Shown in pieces: positions 47,668 through 57,887 of a stretch of 64,000 nt of DNA. The DNA lies in contig NIVC01001937.1 in NCBI GenBank assembly GCA_002269645.1, positions 62,001 to 126,000 of the forward strand, read 5' to 3'. Under the pieces are notes generated by a model that was not told the origin of the DNA, ran no database searches, and saw only the letters and a list, made by a program, of their open reading frames with translations. The position numbers and the translations under genes were made by a program. The DNA comes from Macrostomum lignano. Lineage: Eukaryota. Each line of letters begins with the position of its first letter. Positions within the stretch are counted from its first letter, which is position 1.

Positions 47668-50600
47668 CACTAAAAGCACTAGGCTTAGGCACTTAGATAA
47701 AACTGTAGTGAATGGGATTGAGAACAACATTAACTATTATATCAGCCCTTAGCTTCCAAGACTCAGAAAAGCCAAAGCCGAAAACCAGCCGACACTTGCT
47801 TAAAATTCAAAAAGGGCACTTGATGGATCATGCTAAAAAGTGGGGGGGGGGGGGGCTCCAGCCCCCCGTGACCCCTGGTTCCGACCACCCCTGACCTCGA
47901 GAGATGATTTCCTGATCCAATTTAGCTGTACAGAGCATGGATATACATGTATCTATCACACAATGCGCATACTGTGTACCAGGTCGATCATTGCCAATTG
48001 ATTGCATGGTAAATTAAAAGCAAGTGTAGCGATATACTGTCCGTCTGTTGTATGGTTAGGGATCAGAACTGCATGTTACATGCACGAGTACACTGGTAGC
48101 CAATGTGATGTACAGTACAAATGTACAATTGTAGCTAATATTCGTTCAAATAGTTTTAGAACGTATTTTTTAATAAACAGGGAGAACATCCGAAATCAAA
48201 GTAAACGATTACATGTACATGTGATGTGCATGCATTTTTGTGCCATACATTTTGATTGTATTAAGAGCGATCAGAGTAACTTTTGAGTGAGTGATCAGTG
48301 TGCAAGTGAGTGAGTGAGCGAGTGAGATACATGTAGAGGGTGAGAGAGTGAGTGAGTTAATGATTGAGTGATTTAAAGTGAGCATGAAAGCTGCTTAACA
48401 GGCCTCGTACAACTCGATCGAGGCCCAGCTCGTACAAATCACAGACTACTTTAGTGTCGTTTTTATAAAAAGCCTGTACATGTACACGTAATAAAAACGG
48501 TATGGCTGCACGACTCACCATCCCGTAACCTCTAAATACAAGTGCATGTTAGCCTGCCTGCCTGCGATCGAATTGGCAAATTTGCATTGGCAATCGGACA
48601 TGCTTGAATCACACATGAAAACTCACATTATAACAAATTATAACAATGATAACCAACTCAAGGACCACATTCGAAACTGCGAATTAAGAATGCAGTTAAG
48701 TCAAGAGCCTTTTTTCACAGCTTTCTACTAATAGTAGCTGTTTATTTAGGATTGATATTTCCTTTACAATTCAAATTACATGAAAAAACGAGGAGGGCTC
48801 ACTCACCCACCCGGCCCGCTCACCGGTTCCTCTCTCGCGGCCTTGTCGTCCCCATCTCACCCCTCCCCCAGCACCATCCAATAACATGGCGAGCCAAATT
48901 CCTCCCCTAGCTCCCCCAAGTGTGGCGGTCTTGGTGTGTGGCGGTCTTGGTCCTACACCAATTGATCAGTATAGCTATCATTCATTAAAAATTTAATTAC
49001 TTAAGAATCAAACTAGTTTATAGTCACCTATTGTATCTATTTTTCTTTTTATAGCTTTTTTGGCTATTTTTCTTATAATGTTCACTTAAAACAAATGAAT
49101 AAAGTATAAGATATAAGATAAGATATATAAGATAATTAAGATTCAATCTTGAAGATTCAAGATTAAGCCTAATTAGCATATAGTAGGCCTATTTATACTA
49201 TTCTATCTATCAATGCTAATATTGTTATTTGTTAAATGTATGACTCTTTTTGGAATCTTGAAACCAAGACTAAGATCATGCTTGGGCGCAACCTTTGGAT
49301 TCACTTGGCCATTTCTATTGGCAACACACACATGTAAGTCGCTATTAGATGGAATAATAGTCACGTGACTGCTCTCAGCCAATAGCAACTTATATGTATG
49401 TCTGTCCAATAGAAATTGCTGGGTGATTCCCAAAGTTGCACATGTATGACTAAGATTGAGATTGAAAAAAGTGCTTGAGATTGAGATCTTGTCCAACCTT
49501 TAACTTTTTATAAATTAGCATTTTATAAATTATATCAATTTTGGATAACAACTATTCAAATATAAAAATTGCCCTAAAATGCTAGGTTATAAAACTAAAG
49601 TATTTAAGAATTTAGCTCTCAAACACTTATAAAACAATATTCTATAGCACTTTGAACCTTTTTTTATAAAGAAGCACCTTGTATACCAGATTAGTTTTTT
49701 TAAAAGGTATCCTATATGCCAGAATTTTCTGGCATGCATTTGCCCTTCATAGTTAATTGGCATGTTTGGATCTTAAAAAGTTGTATTTAGTGTACAAAAA
49801 GTTATATAGAAACTGTTTGAAAATAGGTTCAAATATCTATCAGTTTTTATAACAAAAGGTAGAATATTTTGAAGAAAAAAGGTAGCAGCTAAGAGGTTAC
49901 GAGAGTGCAAACAAATAATAAAAATATTAATTGAATGTGATAATGCTATTTTAAAAAATTTAGGTACTGGAACTTTGTGTAATTGCAAGTTGTTGTAAAG
50001 AAGAAATAGACATGACACTTGTTTTGTTATAATGTACACATAAATATCAAATGTAACAATGGAAAAAAGTTCTTGATAGTTGCAACATTAAAAGGTTCTT
50101 TATTGCTGTAGCACAAAGGTAAGGTTATATAATTGTTAAATTTTGGTATATATAACAAAGTCAGATTAACAATTTTTGGGATACTTGGCATTTACCTAAA
50201 AAATTTGCCAAAAATTTTTTGGCATACACTAGACACGTTCCTAACATTAGCTTGCACATTTCTGAAATAAAATGGTCCCGTTGCATAAAGGCTTTGGCTT
50301 CAATTTTAATGCATAGAGCAAAGAGAACTATGGATTACAAACAGAGCACAGTGTGCACCCCCTTCAATTTTAAAAGACAATCATTTCAATGTTACTGGTA
50401 TATACAAGTGATAATTAACCAAAAGTATAGCATTTACTTTTGTGGGATATTTAGTAAGTACCCAACTTGGAATTGACTCAGTTGCAGGACAATTTGAACA
50501 AAGAATAGAAACAAATTTCAATGGTGATTGTCAATCAAAGCTGTAAGTTAAGCAATAATTATTGTCCAAAAGATTGCCATTTATTCATGATTGATAGATA

Positions 50601-51129
50601 GGCTTAGTTGGATTTATTACAAGGATTCAACCTACTTTGGCAAAGAAATTTTTGGTGAAAGTCAATAATGGCAAAAGACTTTTGCTATGACTATTTCATC
50701 TAAAGCTGGCCATTTTGGCAAATAATTTACTATAATAGATTCATTTTGGTTGAGTTTATTATGTCATAGTAAGTTTAATGCAAGTAAAGTAATAAATTAA
50801 AAAATTGTTGACTAAATAAAACAAACAATTAAAACTAACAAACTTAGCAATCAAAATAAATTAAAACTTTTAGTCATTTGTAATAAAAAGTTAAAGTAAA
50901 ATGAAATCTATTCACTATCGTTATACATGTGTCAATATCACAAAATTTGGGTGTATTTAGGCTACTACACTTCTCTAATAAGCTTTCATTTAAGTGCAGA
51001 CCCAAGTGGTGTTCCTGCCACAGATCTAGAAATATATAGTTGCACTTTTGCTATGCTTTGGGCTAGAATTGTAGCAACTGTCCTTATGCACTTAGCTGAG
51101 TATCAGTAGTGACGGGTTACCTTTTGGTG

Positions 51130-52570
51130 GCTCTACCAGTTGTGGCACTTGATTAGGTGGTTCTGCTAGTGGTGACACTTGATTGGGTGGCTCTGCTAAT
51201 GGTGGCACCTGATTGGATGGTTCTGCTAATGGTGGCACCTGATTGGGTGGCTCTGCTAATGGTGGCACCTGATTGGGTGGCTCTGCTAATTGTGTCACTT
51301 GATTGGATGGCTCTGCTAATGGTGTCACTTGATTGGATGGCTCTGCTAATGGTGTCACTTGATTGGATGGCTCTGCTAATTGTGTCACTTGATTGGATGG
51401 CTCTGCTAATGGTGTCACTTGATTGGATGGCTCTGCTAATTGTGTCACTTGATTGGATGGCTCTGCTAATGGTGTCACTTGATTGGATGGCTCTGCTAAT
51501 GTGTCACTTGATTGGATGGCTCTGCTAATTGTGTCACTTGATTGGATGGCTCTGCTAATTGTGTCACTTGATTGGATGACTCTGCTAATTGTGTCACCTG
51601 ATTGGGTGGCTCTGCTAATTGTGTCACTTGATTGGATGGCTCTGCTAATGGTGTCACTTGATTGGATGGCTCTGCCAATTGTGTCACTTGATTGGATGGC
51701 TCTGCTAATGGTGTCACTTGATTGGATGGCTCTGCTAATGGTGTCACTTGATTGGATGGCTCTGCTAATTGTGTCACTTGATTGGATGGCTCTGCTAATG
51801 GTGTCACTTGATTGGATGGCTCTGCTAATTGTGTCACTTGATTGGATGGCTCTGCTAATGGTGTCACTTGATTGGATGGCTCTGCTAATGTGTCACTTAA
51901 TTGGATGGCTCTGCTAATTGTGTCACTTGATTGGATGGCTCTGCTAATTGTGTCACTTGATTGGATGACTCTGCTAATTGTGTCACTTGATTGGATGGCT
52001 CTGCTAATGGTGTCACTTGATTGGATGGCTCTGCTAATGGTGTCACTTGATTGGATGGCTCTGCTAATGTGTCACTTGATTGGATGGCTCTGCTAATGGT
52101 GTCACTTGATTGGATGGCTCTGCTAATGGTGTCACTTGATTGGATGGCTCTGCTAATTGTGTCACTTGATTGGATGGCTCTGCTAATGGTGTCACTTGAT
52201 TGGATGGCTCTGCTAATGGTGGCACCTGATTGGATGGCTCTGCTAATGGTGGCACCTGATTGGATTGCTCTGCTAATGGTGGCACCTGATTGGATGGCTC
52301 TGCTAATGGTGGCACCTGATTGGATGGCTCTGCTAATGGTGGCACCTGATTGGATGGCTCTGCTAATGGTGGCACCTGATTGGATTGCTCTGCTAATGGT
52401 GGCACCTGATTGGATGGCTCTGCTAATGGTGGCACCTGATTGGATGGCTCTGCTAATGGTGGCACCTGATTGGATGGCTCTGCTAATGGTGGCACCTGAT
52501 TGGATGGCTCTGCTAATGGTGGCACCTGATTGGATGGCTCTGCTAATGGTGGCACCTGATTGGATGGCTC
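51130..52570. repeat. 30-bp minisatellite (gattggatggctctgctaatggtgtcactt), ~47 copies
   Basis: Two unit variants (gtcactt and ggcacct) arranged in blocks. Confidence 0.97.
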
Positions 52571-52881
52571 TTGAAACTTGATTGAGCAGCTCTGCAATTG
52601 GGCAACTCTCAATCGGATATAGCTGGCATCACCAACATATCTATAGCTCGCTTAGAGTTTATAGAATAAGATTAAATACATGTGCATGTGTGTCATGCAT
52701 GTCTGCAAAAAACAAGTTACATTTATACCTTTCTATACCGAAATATATTATTGATGCAAAATTCCTATTTGACATTTTTGATGCTGCTATCCACTATATT
52801 GTCACAGTTGATGGCATGTTGACAAGTGCTTAAATTCATATGTCATAGGTAAATAACTGTTCGCTCTCCAGCTGATCCGCA

Positions 52882-53469
52882 ATGTCCACCAAAGCAGCCA
52901 GCAGCCGGACCGCTGCTCAGCCATCGCAGCAGGCCGCTGCCAGTCGTTACTGGCGCCAGTCCCGCCTGCCCGTGCCAGCCTCCGTGGTGGCCAATCGGAC
53001 TCGAGCCGCTGTCACCGCCACAGTTAGCCAGGCGTCTGCAACAACCGAAACTGCCACCAACGCAGCCGCTGTCACCGCCGCGCGAGTCCGGCCTGCGGCG
53101 GCGACCGCCTCCGCGGTGCCGAAGCAGCGCCACAGATTTCAGCAGCAGCAGAGACAGAAGCAGCCGATTCGAGACAAATCTACAAAGACTGTCGATAAAG
53201 AGCCAACGCAGCAGCAGCAGACAGCTGCTCAGCCTCATCCTCTTCAGCATCACCAGCAGCAGGTGAACCTCAACATTAATTTATTCGCCGACGGCGAGCA
53301 GATCCCGTCGCCCGCCAGGCTGAAGCTGTCCCAGCTGACTGACACCCTGCAGGTGTACAACGAGCGAGCTAGCAGCCTCATCTGCGGCCTGCAGTCCATA
53401 GCTGAGGATCTGTCCAGCTTGTCCACTCAGCTGGAGTCTCTGGGCAGGGATAGGCGAGGCAGTGTCTGA
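52882..53469 (+). CDS. Orphan 195-aa Ala/Thr/Gln-rich protein with an SRLP (SxIP-like) motif and a predicted C-terminal coiled coil
   Basis: GC-rich ORF preceded 10 nt upstream by a pyrimidine-rich AG acceptor (52871) and followed by AATAAA (53592). Confidence 0.65.
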   Translation: MSTKAASSRTAAQPSQQAAASRYWRQSRLPVPASVVANRTRAAVTATVSQASATTETATNAAAVTAARVRPAAATASAVPKQRHRFQQQQRQKQPIRDKSTKTVDKEPTQQQQTAAQPHPLQHHQQQVNLNINLFADGEQIPSPARLKLSQLTDTLQVYNERASSLICGLQSIAEDLSSLSTQLESLGRDRRGSV

Positions 53470-53966
53470 CGACTGCTGCACACCTGCAATTGACTTTTAT
53501 TAGCTGCTGTAAAATATTATTGCCACAACCTGTGTCCTGTACTATTTGCTAGTTAGTCAGCTTTTAACTAGAAGCATTTTATTTGCGTGTAAATAAAATA
53601 AACAAATGGTCTCCGAATTTTTGTTTATCTTTCCGTGTGCTATAATTATTGATTTGATAAGCCAATTTTTACTTTGTTGAGGTGCTAAAGTTTATATTGC
53701 TCTAAGATGCATGTATTTATTAATGCTGCATTTCACTCTGGCTCAACTCACCTGTTTAATTCGTGAGCTGATATTTACTTTTTTAATTTCCCATTCTAAT
53801 GTTCCGCCTATATTAACTTGTGCGTCAGTTTTTGCTATTCAAGCGTGTTTTTCTCACCTGCAGTTCTTGTCAGCTGAAACCTTGTGTAAGTAAATAATTC
53901 AATAGTACTTTTGCTTCGCGTCTTTTTATAGCATTCCGCTGTTGGGTTTGATTTTTTTACTTTTTT

Positions 53967-54150
53967 CACCTTCCAGTCATCTGTAATAAAGGTATCTGCA
54001 CCTTCCAGTCATCTGTAATAAAGGAATCTGCACCTTCCAGTCATCTGTAATAAAGGAATCTGCACCTTCCAGCCATCTGTAATAAAGGTATCTGCATCTT
54101 CCAGTCATCTGTAATGAAGGTATCTGCACCTTCCATTCATCTGTAATGGA
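53967..54150. repeat. 32-bp minisatellite (caccttccagtcatctgtaataaaggtatctg), ~6 copies
   Basis: Direct tandem repeat upstream of LAMTOR2. Confidence 0.93.
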
Positions 54151-54388
54151 GTTTTCTGCATCTTTTTTATTGTCCTTGGCGAGGTCCCAGTTATATTTTG
54201 ATCAAGATCTCTTGACCTCTCCTGTCATGCATAATTGTGTATGTCTGTAACTGTAGTCTATTCCCAACAACCAGAATCCTATCTTGGATACTTAAGATAC
54301 TCTCAAGTTATTCCCTTATTCTCAATTAGATCATAATTATACCTATTAATGCCTGCCATCTATTACTGGCCAGTAGTCAAGTAGGACA

Positions 54389-54878
54389 ATGCAAGCCCGC
54401 CGCCGCCAATCCGCAGACTGGAATAACATTAAAGCCGCGCTCAGTAGCGCAGCTGCTCAGCCAGACAAACACAGACGGAGTTCAATCGTCGCTGCTCCTA
54501 TCTCTGGACGGAGCCCTGCTAGCTTGCTCCGGCTACACTGCCGACACCGATGCCCGCGTGCTGGCCGCCATCGCCGCCAACCTGTGGGACACCATGGAGC
54601 GCTGCTCAGTGAATGGCGGCGGCGGCGGCAACAGCAGCTCCAGTGTTGGTGGCCCCAGCAGCGGCGTAGGGGCCGGGGCTGCCAGCTCTCAAGCCCCAGC
54701 CGGCCTGCAGGACATGACTGTTGTATGTACCAATGGCAGCCTGTACATAGCCTACGTGAGCAGCATCCTGCTGTGCCTCTACGCCAATGCCACCGTGCCG
54801 CTGGGCATGCTCCGGTTGAAAGCTGCTAAACTGGCTGACTCGCTGCGAGATCCCATTAGCCAGATTACTGGCAAATAG
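54389..54878 (+). CDS. LAMTOR2: Ragulator subunit LAMTOR2 (p14, Roadblock fold); start codon unresolved
   Basis: The frame of 54417-54878 reads LKPRSVAQLLSQTNTDGVQSSLLL..DGALLACSGY..DTDARVLAAIAANLW...LLCLYANATVPLGMLRLKAAKLADSLRDPISQI, closely matching LAMTOR2. The only nearby ATG (54389) is one base out of frame. Confidence 0.92.
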
Positions 54879-55104
54879 TTGCTCCGATTCTGTGTGTTTT
54901 TTTTCATTTTTTTCTCACAAAAGCAAAGTTCCTCATCTCAATGAACCAGCGCTCACTTGTTACATTAGTGATTTTATACAGCTCAGAAATTGAGAAAAAA
55001 ATTCTGTCACTTTTATGAAATCCTTCTAAGTTTGTTTTGCACAGTTCTGATTGGTAATGATGCCCTGTCTCAACCAATTGGTAATGCTTCGGGTCAGAGG
55101 AGGG

Positions 55105-55248
55105 GAGAGAGGAGAGGGAAGTGAGATAGGAGAAGAGAGGGGAGATTAGAGAGAAGAGAGCTGAGAAGAGACACAGACTATTGTGAAGTTTCAAAGGACC
55201 CGAGGGCCGGATAGAGAGGCTTGGCGGGCCGGAGTTTGCCAACCCCTG
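55105..55248 (-). mobile_element. Charlie-type MITE 5' part with a short GA tract
   Basis: GGGCCGGAGTTTGCCAACCCCTG terminus; GAGAGCTGAGAAGAGACACA is shared with 14760. Confidence 0.7.
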
Positions 55249-55783
55249 AACTACTATGTACACACAGTAGTACGTAGTAACCTAACCCTAGTTTTGTTAG
55301 AGCCTCGTGTGATTAATTAAATTAATTCTATTTTTTTGGCTTTGTGCCAAATACAATTGAACTTGAATACATGTTCAACTAGAAGTTAAATCCGCTCTAA
55401 AACTGAAATTAATGATTTAATTAGTCACTGTGCTATCCGTTTCGCGTCATTGGCTACTTATAGTAGTTTCTTCTACCGCCTGTCTCACTACAATATATTG
55501 TTAAATTCCTCTTAATGAAGTTATACACATATATCATGTGAATTGTAAACCGTTATGCTCTAAAATTTTCATGCCAATTTGATCATAATCCAACCATTGT
55601 GAGTCATTTTATTTTCAACATTATACAGTATTGCAATAAAAATGTTGCTTTGATTCCTTAAAAAATGTGCTTTTTAGATTATTTTATTACTTTTTGAGAA
55701 CAATACAAGAAAATGCATTTTATTCAGGCAATATGCTTTTTGATGAATGTGCAGTAGTTATTTCAGTTATGTGCAGTAGCCAT

Positions 55784-56935
55784 TTGAGTCATGTGCAGTT
55801 TGAGTCATGTGCAGTTTGAGTCATGTGCAGTTTGAGTCATGTGCAATTTGTTTCATGTGCAGTTTGAGTCATGTGCAGTTTGAGTCATGTACAGTTTGAG
55901 TCATGTGCAGCTTGAGTCATGTGCAGTTTGAGTCATGTGCAATTTGTTTCATGTACAGTTTGAGTCATGTGCAGCTTGAGTCATGTGCAGTTTGAGTCAT
56001 GTGCAATTTGTTTCATGTGCAGTTTGAGTCATGTGCAGTTTGAGTCATGTGCAGTTTGAGTCATGTGCAGTTTGAGTCATTTGCAGTTTGAGTAATTTGC
56101 ATTTTGAGTCATGTGCAGTTTGATTCATGTGCAGCTTGAGTCATGTGCAATTTGTTTCATGTGCAGTTTGAGTCATGTGCAGTTTGAGTCATGTGCAGTT
56201 TGAGTCATGTGCAGTTTGAGTCATGTGCAGTTTGAGTCATGTACAGTTTGAGTCATGTGCAGCTTGAGTCATGTGCAGCTTGAGTCATGTGCAATTTTTT
56301 TCATGTGCAGTTTGAGTCATGTGCAGTTTGAGTCATGTGCAGTTTGAGTCATTTGCAGTTTGAGTCATGTGCAGTTTGAGTCATGTACAGTTTGAGTCAT
56401 GTGCAGCTTGAGTCATGTGCAGCTTGAGTCATGTGCAATTTGTTTCATGTGCAGTTTGAGTCATGTGCAGTTTGAGTCATGTGCAGTTTGAGTCATTTGC
56501 AGTTTGAGTCATTTGCAGTTTGAGTCATGTGCAGTTTGAGTCATGTGCAGTTTAATTTCATGTGCAGCTTGAGTCATGTGCAATTTGTTTCATGTGCAGT
56601 TTGAGTCATGTGCAGTTTGAGTCATGTGCAGTTTGAGTCATGTGCAGTTTGAGTCATGTGCAGTTTGAGTCATGTACAGTTTGAGTCATGTGCAGCTTGA
56701 GTCATGTGCAGCTTGAGTCATGTGCAATTTGTTTCATGTGCAGTTTGAGTCATGTGCAGTTTGAGTCATTTGCAGTTTGAGTCATGTGCAGTTTGAGTCA
56801 TGTACAGTTTGAGTCATGTGCAGCTTGAGTCATGTGCAGCTTGAGTCATGTGCAATTTGTTTCATGTGCAGTTTGAGTCATGTGCAGTTTGAGTCATGTG
56901 CAGTTTGAGTCATGTGCAGTTTGAGTCACGTGCAG
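55784..56935. repeat. 16-bp minisatellite (ttgagtcatgtgcagt), ~72 copies, containing M-box/E-box and AP-1-like motifs
   Basis: Most units contain AGTCATGTGC and TGAGTCA. The last unit reads GAGTCACGTGC. Confidence 0.97.
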
Positions 56936-57184
56936 TATAGGGAACAGGCAGATTTTTAGTTTATAGTTTAGAGATTGTGGGTAATTGAGAATTTTACTGT
57001 TTAGAGAATGCGATGCTTGTTAATCAGTAAGTTTGGAAATGCGAAGGAAAGCGCACTACTCATTAAGCTGATCAAGTAAAAACACTGCATTCCCCAGCTG
57101 AGGTAAGCCGGCACCGGAAGCCAAGCGGTAGCACATAAACGGGCGGCTGCACCAACCCGAACTCCATGGCGCTGCTGACTCGCC

Positions 57185-57780
57185 ATGGGCCCAAAGAGAC
57201 AGTCGCAAGCCGGTCCGATCATTACCTACCCCACCCTTGCTACTGTTAGTAGCGCTGAGTTACCGGCCGCCAGCAACGGCAAAGCCACGGCAAATGTGGC
57301 AGCAAACGACTCCGACTCGGCCGCCGAGGAGGCCGCGCTGCGCGAATTCGTTGCTTCGCTGCGAGTTCGCCATCTGGACTGCCTGCTGCTGCAGATCGCC
57401 GAGGCCGGGCCGCAGTTCGCCTCGCTGCGCGGCCAGCCTCTGTTCTTCACTCTGCGCCAGCCCGACAGCCAGCCGGGCCAGTATTTCTACAAATCCGACC
57501 TCGGTCACTTCGAGCCCTGCCACCGTCAGGGCGCCCAGCTGGCCAGGTGGGACCGCCTGCCCCTGATTGGCTCGCCGCTAACCGAGCGGAGCCGAGCCTT
57601 GGCCGCCTTCACCGTTGCCTTCTACCGGGGACCCGGCCGCGCTGTCCGGACGGCTGCGGCGCCTTGGTTCGAGGCAGCCGTCCGGCTCGATGTGGACGGC
57701 CTGACCTGGCCGGCCCAGCGGGAGGACGACGTGACCGCCCTGCTTGTTGCGTCCGCGTGCGCTTGCAACGGGTGTGCTTT

Positions 57781-57845
<65 letters not shown>

Positions 57846-57848
57846 GTG

Positions 57849-57887
<39 letters not shown>

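Larger units (their letters stand above)
42935..48959 (-). mobile_element. ~6.0-kb Mutator-like (MULE) DNA transposon with long TIRs; probably non-autonomous
   Basis: Inverted termini GGCGCATGACCAAGACCGCCACACACCAAGACTGCCACA and revcomp GGTGTAGGACCAAGACCGCCACACACCAAGACCGCCACA, with weaker similarity for ~100 bp more. Flanks aattgatt / aattgatc (7/8). Carries an internal PHD + FLYWCH-like ORF. Confidence 0.72.

Noticed and set aside
49203-50476. AT-rich ORFs and a lone perfect GTCACGTGAC at 49360
   Set aside because: The ORFs lack motifs or splice support. A single 10-mer 3.5 kb from the nearest gene is too weak alone; the TCACGTGA sites at 10791 and near 28825 are set aside for the same reason.
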